Source of the DNA: Naegleria gruberi
Lineage: Eukaryota
Length of the DNA: 64,000 bases
Assembly: GCA_000004985.1 (NCBI GenBank)
Contig: GG738856.1
Strand: one strand, 5' to 3'
The stretch's first letter is position 1; each line of letters opens with the position of its first letter. Positions 31,976 through 43,424 of this stretch are shown in pieces. Position numbers and translations under genes: made by a program. The notes beneath the pieces were generated by a model. The model searched no databases, was not told the DNA's origin, and saw only the letters and a list, made by a program, of their open reading frames with translations.

Positions 31976-32948
31976 ATGCAAGACTTGAAAATTGGTACTT
32001 CTTCCGATAACCATCATCAGGATGGAAATGATCAATCAAAGCTTCGATCACCATCATCACCAACTCACTCAACCTCCTCATCAAGTGTATTCAGCACAAC
32101 TTCATCGATCATGCCTACGGAATTATATCCTGCTGGAACAAGCAATGCGGAACGATTGGATCCATTCAGATTAACTCATGATACAGTCAAGATGACTAGT
32201 AAAATTGTTGATGATGTATTTCTTCCACCTACAGCGTATTATATTCCTAATTTTTTGACTGAAGAAAAGGAAAAGGATTTACTTCAGAATATTTATGCTG
32301 TTAATTCGCAACAATGGCATAGATTGAGTAATAGAAGATTGCAGAGGTGGGGAGGAAATCCAAATGATAAGTTAATGTTTGAGGAGAAATTACCTACTTG
32401 GTTGAGTGGACAAAATCTTGGATTGAATGATTTGCATACTTTTCCAGGAAATAGATCAATTAATCATGTTTTAATTAATGAATATGAGGTTAATCAAGGT
32501 ATTAATTCTCATAAGGATGGTCCAGTTTATTTTCCAATGGTTTTCATTTTGAGTTTGGAATCTACAGTAATGCTTAATTTTACATTATGTGAAAAGGATG
32601 AGGATTATGTGGAACAATGTCCATACATAAGAAGCTTTTCAGTAATTGCTGAGCCTAGATCACTACTCGTTTTCACTGAAGATATCTATCATTGTAAGTG
32701 TTTTAAATTTCTCCAACCAATATAATTTACTTTTATTTACTAATATGTTACTAGACTATATGCATGGAATTGAAGAATGTGAAAAGTATGAAATCAATGA
32801 TGATATGGTTATTGCCAATGCAGGTCTTTTACACAATAAGGAGCTGGCTGAAACAGGTCACGTTATTGAGAGATCGAAAAGAGTTTCATTGACCTGCAGA
32901 TGTGTCAGAAAAGTAGCCAAGAAAAATCTATTCTTCCTTAAGAAATAA
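31976..32948 (+). CDS. AlkB homolog 6-type 2-oxoglutarate/Fe(II) dioxygenase (ALKBH6), 2 exons
   Basis: YYIPNFLTEEKEKDLL...RRLQRWGG...NHVLINEYEVNQGINSHKDGPVYFPMV...SL and a C-terminal RVSLTCR align with ALKBH6 ([48 protein letters not shown]). A 61-nt GTAAGT...ACTAG intron lies at about 32694..32754. Confidence 0.8.
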
Positions 32949-33521
32949 TAAATTCAAAACCACTAAAGAGTAGGTTTCAAAGTTAGCTCTATTGGACAAT
33001 TCCATAACTTGGATGCATGTGTAAATTGAACTTTCATAATTGCTGTTTCTATTCAATTCAAGTGAGTATTTTCTTGGAAATTGATGTAAATCTTTTCTAG
33101 TACAACAAATTAATTTTAACAACAAAAGATATCAAAGCATAATGACAAGAAATCTATTAATGACTTGTGAGATCTATCATAAAACTATTGAAAGCTTAAC
33201 ACCAAATCAAGATGTAATTTTAGAATTTATGAATTGGTCTCAAGATGGAACTAATTTATTTATTAAATCAAGTGAGGGATAAATTTTTAATATTTTACAT
33301 GTATTGTGATAAGGATGAATATTATGATATGATTGAGGAGATTTTATGGATTGAATTGAACATTGTTATGATTAATTTTAAAATGAAGCTTTTCAACATT
33401 TCCAAAATTCCAAAATTTACAGATATACTTATTGAATAATTCTACTAAAATAACATTAATTACTCTTGTAAAATAATTTACAAATAATTTAAAATTACTG
33501 CTTTAATGTAGTGAGCTTGAT

Positions 33522-34309
33522 TTAATTTGAGCTGCTACCTCCACCACACCTATAGAATGATGGGAAACCACATGAAAACCAAATAATCAAGAAAATTACA
33601 ATCAAAATAATAATAGCAATCACTGACACAATGATGATATTTCTCTTTAACATGTTGTTTTTCAATTTCTTACTCTTTGTCTTGTAAAGTTCAGCAGATT
33701 CAACTAAGTCACCAGTTCTGTTGACAAGAATGTCAATCTTTTCTCCTCTTGCTAAAACCTTGTCGATATTGTCAATCATAATATCCTTAACTTCATTAAT
33801 TTGTCCTTTAACTTTTTGAATACGATCGTTTTGTCTTGGATTGTTAAAGAATTTAGTTTGTTGTTTAAGAATTTGTCCAAACTCTCTGTTAAGTCCATTT
33901 GGTTGAATTCTTTTAGATTGTTCTCCAGGATAACTGCTCAAAAATCGTTCCTTTACATCATCAAGGAAATTGAATGGTATTCTTGAACCAAAATCCTTTC
34001 CACTCATACAGAAGAAGATCAACCCATATTCTCCAACAACCATAATATGGAACATATATTGATCATACACATAGGAGACTATTATGATCATTAAGTTAAT
34101 TTTCTTTCAAAACTCTACAACATACCTTTTGTAGATTTGTTACTTGGGATCTTTTCCAAAATTTGTTTAGAAATTTGTTGGAAATTTCCTTTACTTTCAG
34201 TATATTCACACAATATCGTGGCACCTCTTGCAACCAAAGAATAAATAATTCCGGTTTCGGTTGGGCCTACACCACCACCATCATCATCACCAATACTTCC
34301 ATAACTCAT
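33522..34309 (-). CDS. VAMP7-type longin R-SNARE, 2 exons
   Basis: Exon 1 is about 34127..34309 (MSYGS...IIYSLVARGATIL...QILEKIPS). A 47-nt GTATGT...ATAATAG intron lies at about 34080..34126. Exon 2 is 33522..34079, carrying the rest of the longin domain, the R-SNARE motif (KVKGQINEVKDIMIDNIDKVLARGEKIDILVNRTGDLVESA) and a C-terminal TM. Confidence 0.75.
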
Positions 34310-34522
34310 TTTTTTAAAGATTTTTTTTTAAATGATTATTTAATCTTTCGGAGTTTATAAGGTGATGCACGTTTATTGTTTTTAATTGGAAACAGATTAG
34401 AGTTTGGAAATGTACTTGTTTTATTGTTGTGAAATATTATTGTAAAGTTGTATAAATAATAATAGGTTTAGACTCTTTGAATTGAATTTCACTGTTCTTG
34501 CTCACGATGAACTTAAAAAAAA

Positions 34523-35718
34523 ATGTCTGAAAATCAAGTGCCAGAAATTCAGTTGAAGGATGGTGAAGAAAAAGAGATACAAGATCATATGGATCATAAC
34601 GATCATGGAGAACAAACTCTGCCTGTACTCAACGGAGGAAATATAAAATATTTGGATATGGTAGAATTTGATAATCGATTCAATGATGATATATTCCGAT
34701 TGGTTTTGTCTTTTCTTGCTATTCGTGATTTGGGAAGATTGGAAAGAGTGAGTAAACATCTAAGATTGAGCCAATTGTGTGGCGAAGATTCAGAAATATG
34801 GAGGAAAGCTTATGAAAAAAAAGTTACTGAATTACATGAAATTTTGAAAAAATCTGGGGCTATTTATGAAAATCCAATTCTGCCCTTTTTGGGTAAGATA
34901 TCAGATTTTAAATCAAGTATTTGTGGTGCATTGAAAGTGTTTGATACCCTAGTAGAGAAAAAGTCTTCAGTGAGAATGGAAGATATAGAAAGATCGATCA
35001 AGAACTATCCCACTACTGGTATTAAGAACATTTTTGTGCCAAAGGATGAGCTCTTAAAATTCGATGTATCCTCAGCTGTATATAAAAAGAAAGAGGAAGG
35101 TATTAAATTGCTTGCATTAGGTAGGTTTAGTTTAAGAATTATTGATTCATATTATAAGGGGATGGAGCTGTTGGAAAAACTTGTTTGATGCTAAGGTTAC
35201 TCACTGGAGAGTATCCAACCGAGTACGTTCCTACTGTGGTGGACAATTATATGAATAATTATCAACTCGACAATAATGTCTATAGAGTATGTTACTGGGA
35301 TACAGCAAGTTCAGATGATTATCCTAGGCTGAGAGTTTTGGCATATCCTCAAACAGATGTCTTTATGGCAATGTTTAGTTGTGTTCAAGAGTATTCTTTC
35401 AAAAATTTATTCGATGTTTGGATACCAGAAGTGAGACACCATGTTCCTGATGCTGCCACTGTTCTCGTTGCTACAAAGATAGATTTGAGAAGTGATATTG
35501 ATGTTCAGGCAAAACTGATTGAAAGATATTGTACCAGACCGTTCTCTTACAAAGATGGCGAAAAGGCAGCACAACTTTCCAATTGTTTCACCTATTTTGA
35601 GACAAGCTCACTGATGAATATTGGTATCAAAGATTTTACAGAAATAGCCTTAAAGGCACACTTTAAAAATTTGAGTTTGAGAGAAACTAAAGAAAAAAGG
35701 AAATGCATCTTACAATAA
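34523..35718 (+). CDS. Rac/Rho-like GTPase domain, lacking the switch-II Gly-Gln and ending in a CaaX box, fused to an N-terminal extension of about 200 aa with an F-box-like motif; 2 exons
   Basis: Exon 1 is 34523..35120 (F-box-like FNDDIFRLVLSFLAIRDLGRLERVSKHLRL). A 38-nt GTAGGT...TATAAG intron lies at 35121..35158. Exon 2 is 35159..35718 (GDGAVGKTC, YVPTVVDNY, WDTASSDDYPRLRVLAYPQTDVF, WIPEVRHHVP, VATKIDLR, C-terminal KEKRKCILQ). Identity to Rac1 is high throughout, except that DTAGQ is replaced by DTASS. Confidence 0.65.
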
Positions 35719-35800
35719 TTGCCAAACCTTTTTATTCAAACATAAACAAAGAAATGGCGGCTGATGGTACATTAAGGTTAATTAAGGATTGTGTAGCATA

Positions 35801-35873
35801 GCCCGTCTAGCTCAGTCGGTAGAGCGCAAGGCTCTTAACCTTGTGGTCGTGGGTTCGACCCCCACGGTGGGCG
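35801..35873 (+). tRNA. tRNA-Lys (anticodon CUU)
   Basis: gcccgtctagctcagtcggtagagcgcaaggctCTTaaccttgtggtcgtgggttcgacccccacggtgggcg has a 7-bp acceptor stem (with GU pairs), a D-arm AGCTCAGTCGGTAGAGC, a T-arm GTGGGTTCGACCCCCAC, and anticodon loop gctCTTaac. Confidence 0.9.
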
Positions 35874-36241
35874 ATTCATATTTTAATTTCTCTTTTTCAG
35901 CTAACTGTTCTCTTGGTTATTTATTTCCTAAAATGAAGTATTTCAAATAACTAATCCTTCTTTTTATTTTTCAAAAACAATTTAATTAAAAAACATTAGT
36001 CTGACTCCCAGATTTCACTCTCTGTTAGCTCATGCTCAGAGAACCATCACAGCTACCTCCCTACAGTAGCCCAGCTTGTCTGTAAAGAAAGATTTGCAAA
36101 GGTTGGAAGAGAAAATATTTTCTAGTCATTTATAAATGTGGTTTGATGAAATGAATATTTTCTCTCCTTTCAAGTTTGATGGTTGAAGGTGCCGCCAAAA
36201 TTTACTACAGAAAAATTACTGTCCAATAACAATTTAAAAAA

Positions 36242-37921
36242 ATGAGCAACAACAAGTACAGTCACAATGATGCCATCATGGAGATGCAGGATAAATTAAA
36301 CCTTCTGGATGGAGATCGTGATAGAAAAGCAACAATGGAAACAAAACAAAGAGCTTTGCAAAAGAATATCGATACATTAGAGATGGTTAAAAAGGAAAAC
36401 AATGAATTAAAGGAAACGTTAAAAAAGCTTCAAAAAGAAGTAGGAGGAAATAACGGAGAGAAATCATTCCAAGAAAAAGAATATGAAAGATTGGAAACAA
36501 TTCTTCATTTGAAAAGACAAGAATTTGATGAGCTTCAAGCTATTGCTAGAAATTTGCAAAAAACAATCCGAAAGAAGGAAGATAAGTTGGGTGATTTCAA
36601 TAAGGAAAAGGCACCAATCCTTACTGATGACTCGCCCTTGACGAGACAAATCAGAATTTTAGAAAACAGACTCGATAAGGCCATGATTAAGTACAATGAA
36701 GCTCAAAGTATTAAAAAGACATATGAACAAATTTTGGAAAGACTAAAGGAGGAAAGAATAGGGTTCGATAACCAACTTCAAGCAATTGAAAGAACTTTGA
36801 AAGCCAAGGATAAGGACTATATTGAATTGTTGAACATGTCCCGAGATGCTAATTATTTGAGAGAGCTTGCTAAAAATGAATTGACAACAGCAAAAGGTGA
36901 ATTCGAAGAATCTGTTAGGGATATGAGAAAGGAACTTGATGAAAAGAAGAAATATGTTGAAGCTAGAGTTAACTTGACAACTGACTTGGCAAAGAAGGAA
37001 GCAAATAGAAGAAGAAATCAAGATGAAGAAGGATCAAAGAAGTTCAGATCCTCCAGTGCATCTCAACAAAACAGCAGTGTAAATAAGACCCAAGTTGATG
37101 AAGAAAGAGATAGACTTCAAGGTTTAGAAGAAAAATGGAGAAAGATCAAGGAAGTAACTGGTGTAGATGATGTAAATGAAGTTATCCAGAAATTCCTTTC
37201 ATCTTCGGACACACACAAGAATTTGGAACAAATGACAAAGGAATCTCAAAAGAGAATAGAACACCTCACTGAAAAGAGAGCAGCTTTGAAAGCCAGACTT
37301 GAAGATCTTAAATATTCTCAATCATCTGGTTTGGGAAGCAGAAGAATTGTCGACGAATTCATTCAACAATTATCAGAAGCCCAATCAAAGAACGAAAGAC
37401 AAAAGCAACAATTCGAAAGAATTGCCAAAATACTGGTCAACGTTAAAGCTGGTACAGAACACTTGAATGATAAGATGGCCCCAGCTCTTGTTGATTTATC
37501 AATGGCAGAAAATCTTTCAAGGAAGTTTATTGAAGAAATTGCCAGAGGTGAAGATATTTCTCTTAATGCAGAATCAGCCAGGGATGAGAATGTTAGCATG
37601 TCTACAGTCTCACTAGGAACTCAAAGTAACGAAGAACGACATATTGTAAATTTATTAGCACAATGTTATGTCAATTTATCAGCTGTTTTAGAAAGTTTAC
37701 CATCAGAGGAAGAACTATTCCAAGAAACTTTGAAATCTACCGATTCATTTGATTTCAATCAAAGTAAGAATAATATTAGAATTAAGATCAATCATGAAGA
37801 TAATCAAGATTCTGAATCCGAAGATGATGATGATGATAAGGAAGCTGAGCTCATCAGTAGACTTAACGTTAAGAAAAAGGCTGAGAAACTCATGTCCAAA
37901 ACTAAGGTCGTTAAAAAATAA
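36242..37921 (+). CDS. Axonemal coiled-coil protein, probably an outer-dynein-arm docking-complex subunit (CCDC63/CCDC114/DC2-like, DUF4200 family)
   Basis: Coiled coil of 559 aa. The segment TRQIRILENRLDKAMIKYNEAQSIKK resembles the conserved ENRLDKA..KFNEA core of ODA-DC proteins. It sits in a window that also has DNAI2. Confidence 0.45.
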   Translation: MSNNKYSHNDAIMEMQDKLNLLDGDRDRKATMETKQRALQKNIDTLEMVKKENNELKETLKKLQKEVGGNNGEKSFQEKEYERLETILHLKRQEFDELQAIARNLQKTIRKKEDKLGDFNKEKAPILTDDSPLTRQIRILENRLDKAMIKYNEAQSIKKTYEQILERLKEERIGFDNQLQAIERTLKAKDKDYIELLNMSRDANYLRELAKNELTTAKGEFEESVRDMRKELDEKKKYVEARVNLTTDLAKKEANRRRNQDEEGSKKFRSSSASQQNSSVNKTQVDEERDRLQGLEEKWRKIKEVTGVDDVNEVIQKFLSSSDTHKNLEQMTKESQKRIEHLTEKRAALKARLEDLKYSQSSGLGSRRIVDEFIQQLSEAQSKNERQKQQFERIAKILVNVKAGTEHLNDKMAPALVDLSMAENLSRKFIEEIARGEDISLNAESARDENVSMSTVSLGTQSNEERHIVNLLAQCYVNLSAVLESLPSEEELFQETLKSTDSFDFNQSKNNIRIKINHEDNQDSESEDDDDDKEAELISRLNVKKKAEKLMSKTKVVKK

Positions 37922-37945
37922 AATGTAAAATTCAACTGTAAAAAA

Positions 37946-38797
37946 ATGTTAAATTCACCCGTCTCTCAAAAACCCCCACTTTCTCATGTAACGGTTAGTT
38001 TGGAAAATGTTCGATTATCACCAGCATCTCGACAAGGGCTTACATCAGTGAAAGATCTTTCTAAGGATAAGGCACCTCTTCTTCCTAGGAATGTGGTTAA
38101 TGTCTTGGAATTTGTTGGAGATTTAATTGAATCCAGTTCTGATGTAAATACAACCCCTATAAAAGATAGAATTGAATTGAGAAAGAAAGACCGAGAGGAA
38201 ATAATGAAAAGTACCCTTAATGATGATTTCGGATCTTTGTTACCTGAAACTACTCCTGATATTAATTCAAATTTAGCTCAAAAGAAACCTAATAATACAG
38301 ACTCTGACGATTCTGAAGAAGATGAAGAAGATGATAATGGAACAATAGGAATTGGAAAACAAATTTCTCTCTACACTAAATTACCTCCACCTAATGTACA
38401 AATACTCCCTTTCAATTTTCTCACAAAGAAGGCTGAAATTGAAGGAGAACAAAATAGTGAAAACCTTGGTGATGAATTAGATAATCTCATCACAAATATT
38501 CAAACAAGAGAAGACTTTGAAAATCTCAAATCTAGAACCAATGACTATTTGGATCGTTTGATTAATCTTGTTGATAATCTGTATGGACAAAATCAGAATG
38601 AATATGTAGTTTACCATTCCAGCAGATCAAAGAAGGGTAACAAGGTCAAGAAGGATCAAGCTAAAGAACAACCGACCACCATTCAATTCCTGAAAGCTTT
38701 GGATAAGGCAAACAATATCATGGAGGAAGTTGATAGATCTCGTAGAGAAACTCAACTCAAAAAGAAGATTGGTATTACTCACTATCAAAAACTGTAA
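37946..38797 (+). CDS. Hypothetical acidic protein (283 aa)
   Basis: ATG lies 24 nt after the stop of the preceding same-strand gene. Acidic S/D/E-rich. No family was recognised. Confidence 0.35.
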   Translation: MLNSPVSQKPPLSHVTVSLENVRLSPASRQGLTSVKDLSKDKAPLLPRNVVNVLEFVGDLIESSSDVNTTPIKDRIELRKKDREEIMKSTLNDDFGSLLPETTPDINSNLAQKKPNNTDSDDSEEDEEDDNGTIGIGKQISLYTKLPPPNVQILPFNFLTKKAEIEGEQNSENLGDELDNLITNIQTREDFENLKSRTNDYLDRLINLVDNLYGQNQNEYVVYHSSRSKKGNKVKKDQAKEQPTTIQFLKALDKANNIMEEVDRSRRETQLKKKIGITHYQKL

Positions 38798-38880
38798 ATC
38801 ATTATATTCCGTGTACTTTACTACTTTCCAATTTTAATATTTAATAATAATAATTAAATAACATTAATTTAAATAAAAAA

Positions 38881-40233
38881 ATGAGTGGAAAACAATTGTG
38901 GGTCAAAAAGACAGTGGTCAATAATAACCAACAACAACAACCATCATCTCCCAATACAGCAACAACAAACAATAATACTCCAACAAGTAATACAACAACT
39001 CCGAATGTTACCTCAGGAAGTGATCAATCATCTTCAACCCAACCAAATAATCCTGCCAGCACATCACCATCTTCAACTCTAAAGATTACTTCAACACTCA
39101 AACACAATGCCACTCCATTTACTCCCCAAAACTTTGTACCCCTTACACAACCTCAACCTGTCCCAACACCACAACCAGTTCCTCCTGTACTAGTAGCTGA
39201 AAAACAACCACACCCTAAAAAGAATCACCCAAAGAAACAACATCAAAAGGCTAATCAAGGAAATAATAATCAACAAAATAATCAAGGAAATAATGTCGGA
39301 AATAGTAATACTAATAATAATAATAATGAACAACATTATGGAAGTCTTTTGAAGAACAAGACAAAAGTAATTATTAGAAATATTCCCTATAATTTTACAG
39401 AGCAGGATTTTATTGTGAAATGTGCTCCAAAGAGTTTTGTTACAGAGCAAGTAAAGCAGCAACAACCTCCTGTTGTAGCTAGTGCCACACCAACTTCGGA
39501 ACCTAGCACTCCAACCCTACCAGAAATTCCACACTTTATCTATGATCCTAAAAAGATCACATGGTCCGACTTTCATGTTGGACACAAGACCATGACTCAG
39601 GTATTTTCAAGTATTGCTTATTTGAATTTTGCAAGTGTTTCCTTGTTGCATCAGTTCAAAAATGAATTTTATGAGGAGTTGAAGAGCAAGCAATCAGTTG
39701 CTCTTTCTTCCTCTGTTCAAATCACGGATGATGATGTTGATGAAAGTCCAGTACCTACATTGGCAGCTACTAATACCTCAATATGGAGAGAAACACCAAT
39801 GACTATTGAATATTGTCCTCTACAAATGGTTCCAAAGCCAAAGAAGAAAGATCCAAGAGATGGAACAATTTTCAAGGATGAACATTATTTAAGATTTTTG
39901 GAACAACTAAAGCAACCTAAAGATCTCACATTACAACCTCTTAGTTTGGATAATAGTTCTACGACAAGTGGACTTGGTCTTGATGGCGGAGAAAGCTCTG
40001 ATGGAAGTACTTCAAGCAAAAAACTTGGTACAAATATTCCACTTGCTCTTGGAGGTGTTGGAGCTTCATCAAGTTATACTAAGAAAACTGACGAACCTAT
40101 TATTTCACCATTATTGAAGGAATTACTTGAAAAGAAAAATAAGAAGGGAGCTAATCAAAATAATGATCCAAACAAACCAAAGGGAAACAATCCTAAGAAG
40201 TCTGGAAAGCCTCAATACAAGAGAAAATACTAA
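38881..40233 (+). CDS. UPF3-like nonsense-mediated decay factor (Smg4/UPF3 RRM-like domain) with an N-terminal low-complexity T/N/Q/P region and a basic C-terminus
   Basis: KVIIRNIPYNFTEQDFIVKCAP...YLNFASVSLLHQFKNEFYE...MTIEYCPLQMVPKPKKKDPRDGTIFKDEHYLRFLEQLKQP parallels the UPF3 pattern KVVIRRLPP..L....F.....VF.D..G.EY.A.VE.APFQK..KKK.K.RD.K.GTI..D..Y..FLE. Confidence 0.65.
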   Translation: MSGKQLWVKKTVVNNNQQQQPSSPNTATTNNNTPTSNTTTPNVTSGSDQSSSTQPNNPASTSPSSTLKITSTLKHNATPFTPQNFVPLTQPQPVPTPQPVPPVLVAEKQPHPKKNHPKKQHQKANQGNNNQQNNQGNNVGNSNTNNNNNEQHYGSLLKNKTKVIIRNIPYNFTEQDFIVKCAPKSFVTEQVKQQQPPVVASATPTSEPSTPTLPEIPHFIYDPKKITWSDFHVGHKTMTQVFSSIAYLNFASVSLLHQFKNEFYEELKSKQSVALSSSVQITDDDVDESPVPTLAATNTSIWRETPMTIEYCPLQMVPKPKKKDPRDGTIFKDEHYLRFLEQLKQPKDLTLQPLSLDNSSTTSGLGLDGGESSDGSTSSKKLGTNIPLALGGVGASSSYTKKTDEPIISPLLKELLEKKNKKGANQNNDPNKPKGNNPKKSGKPQYKRKY

Positions 40234-40394
40234 TTTCCCAAAGGTACACCACTCAATTAGAATGAATTATTGGAATAATTGACATGAATTCAATGAGAAA
40301 GTCAAAGAACTCAAAGAATAAGGAACAACAAAATTGGCAACAATAAGCTAAGGATGTTGTAAAATAAAAAAGCATAAATAACTGATTTTTGTTA

Positions 40395-42820
40395 TTAGAA
40401 ATATAATGTTTTCACATCATTTGGATCATATCTCATACCGCACCTAGGACATTTTCTGTTTCTTATTTTGATATTCTTATCCAGACAAGTCTTACAAAAA
40501 CAGTGGAAGCATCTACTGATCACTGTATCAATATCGTTCTCATTACATTGAGAACATCTGAAAGAAGTGTCAGTGCTGCTACTTGCGGTAAGTGTCTTTT
40601 CCTTTTCTAAGAAACGTTGCTTCTCCGATTCCAGCTTTTTGATGGAAAGAGTTTGCTTGTGACATTCTGTCTCCTTCTTTTCAAGGTCCTGTAAAAGTTG
40701 ATTATTTTTAGCTTTGGATTGTTCCAGTTCTGTAGAAAGTGATTGCACTGATTGTTTGGAATTTTCCAAAACTTGTCTTTGGTGATCAATTATTCTCTTG
40801 TATTGAGTTTCTTCAAGCTTTCCCTTTTCAACAATTTCTGATAACATGGTCTTTTCGTTATTGAGTGTCACTATTTTTTCATCATATTGTTTCTTAATTT
40901 TCTCATGTTCTGTACAAACATCAGATAATCTTTTCATTTCTTCCTTCATTGATTCTACATTCTTTTCTAATTTAGCCTTTTCTTTCATGGACTCAAGTCT
41001 TTGTTCTTCTGCTCTATCAACTCTTTTGGCAATGTCCTCCTTTTCTTGGAGTAATTTTTCATAACATTGCGTTGTATCATTGAGAGAACTTTCAAACATT
41101 TCACTTTGTTCCTTCCATTTGATAATTTCTGCCTTGAGTAAAGAAATTTCCGTTTCTGGCTCCTTAGGTTGAGAAGAAGATTCTTTAGACTCCTTATGAT
41201 CGGCTGCTAATTTTGACAGCTCTTCATTTCTCTTCTTGTACATATTTAATTGTCTAACAATCTCTTCCTTATCTTGCTTGTAAACTCGCAATTCTTCAGC
41301 AGATGCTTTAGCTCTTTCATACCTAGCAACAAGTTTGTTGTACTTTTCTGTTTGCTCTTTTTTCTTTTGAAGCAATTGTTCATTCTGTTTGACAAGGTGG
41401 TGCTCAGACTTTTCCTTTGTCACCTTTTCAAGATTATCTTTGAGATTCTTGTTTTCCTTCTTCATTTCAAGTATATCTTGTTTAATCTTTTCCTTAAAAG
41501 TATTATAAGTTTCTTCAAGAGCCTTGATATTTGCCTTATTCTTTTCAACTTCCTGATTGTATTGATTGTAAAATTGTTCAACTCTTAATTTTTCCTTTTG
41601 AACATGATCCTTATAGTAATCTACTTCAGCAGTAACGTTTTTGATCTTTAACTCTAATTCCTCTATTTTGACTTTGTGTCGTTCATTAATGCCATATTCT
41701 TTAGAATATTTTTGAGCATATTCTTGTAACTCTTCTTCTCTTTTTAAAAGAGCTTGTCTGACATCATCTACTTGGGCATTTGCAGGTAAGCTGTCAAGAG
41801 CTGATGAAGAAAAAACTCGTGTTGGCGTACGGAAAGGTGATAATGGTGTAGAACAAGGAGATGCTGAACGTAATTCTTCATTTTCTAAAGAAATTCTTTC
41901 AACTTTTTTGTATGTGTCTACATATTCCTCCTGTTTCTCATCTAACTTTTGTTTTAATTCCTCTAATTTTTTGTTTGAGTCTTTAAGTTGTTCATGAAGA
42001 GAATTGTATTCATCCTTTATCTCTCTATATTCAATATTTAAAGCTTTGAGTTTCTCTTCCAATTGTTTCTCATTACTACTCGTTTTCCCATCTTTTACGC
42101 TGTTAACTGATTGTATGATTTTTGAAAGTATACTCTTCAACCTTTCGAACAGTTGGTTAATTGAGTCATCATCTGTTTTGCCATTGTAAACTTTGCTAAT
42201 AAAATCCAAACCTACCACTCCATTTGGAACTGAAGGTAATCTTGATAACTGTATTGAAATGTCTTCTATCATCTAACAAGGTTATTATAGGAAATGTATT
42301 TGAAATGAAACATACATGATTAAATTGTCTAACAAGTCTCATCATATTCGAAGAAGTATTATCTCTTTGTTTGGATGCTTCTTTAGCTTCATTAATAAGC
42401 TGTTGATTTAACATGTTTAACTCCTTATTTTTGAGTAATAATCTCTTCTTTTGCTCATTGACAAGTTTCAGGTCATGCTGAAATGGTCATTCAATAATTA
42501 ATTAAAATCAATCTACATACCACTTCTGAAGCGTTAAATTTAGTCTTCTTAGTTGGTGGAGAAAGAGGTTCAGATGATTGTGATTGTTGGGATGGTTCAA
42601 TTTTAGTTGGGGTAGATGGGAAAGAAGTTGTTGTGGAAATAGAGGAAGGTGTGGCTTGTGTAGGGGTAAAAGATCCAACTGCAGGACTTGGTGTATCTGG
42701 TATTGATTGAAGATTAGTAGTATTGATATGAAGATGACTTCCATTCAACTTTGGACTTCCTTGGTTGATTTCATCTTGTTTTCTCTTCCTAACCTCCTTA
42801 TCCTTCAGTTTGTGCAACAT
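40395..42820 (-). CDS. E3 ubiquitin-protein ligase BRE1 (RNF20/RNF40 family), with a long coiled coil and a C-terminal C3HC4 RING; 3 exons
   Basis: Exons are about 42522..42820 (ATG MLHKLKDKEV), 42306..42478 and 40395..42262. They are joined by two 43-nt GTATGT...CAG/TAG introns at about 42479..42521 and 42263..42305. The total is 2340 nt, in frame. The C-terminal CSQCNENDIDTVISRCFHCFCKTCLDKNIKIRNRKCPRCGMRYDPNDVKTLYF matches the BRE1 RING. Confidence 0.75.
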
Positions 42821-43424
42821 TGTTAAATCTATCTGTTGGGGTTTTTTGGTATTCTTGAAAATTACGTAATAGAATGTATGGTGAAATATTTGACGATGAT
42901 CCTGACACAACACACACAAAGGTTCTTTTGCAAAACCGTTTTCTTGTTGTTGTTTTTAGGGAGGTATATATTTCCAATTAATTAATTTAAATATACCAAG
43001 AAGATTTCGTCTAATAAACACTCTCCAATATATTATAAAATATAATCAATCACTCCCAGAGGGTTTGATGATAACTTTCTTGTATAAACGGTTCTACTAC
43101 ACTATCCACAAAATATGTGGTTTGTTGGACAATAATCAAGTGATGACGTTAAAATTTTTTTGCAAGATTTTAGAAGAAGCGCCAACTTGATATGATGACG
43201 ATCAAAATCTCCAACATCTTTTGCTACACGTTCTCTCGCACAAGGAAGTGAAACAAGTGAAGATAAAATTGTATTCAACTACTACGAGCACTAAGTTAAT
43301 ATTAGATTTAAAATTTTTATTAGTAGCATGTTGTATTGATATCCGCCTATGATGGCAATTTTAAAGGAATTTTCTCTTACCAGCAAGCTTTCTTCATCAT
43401 GATGGAAAAATACATTAAAAAAAA

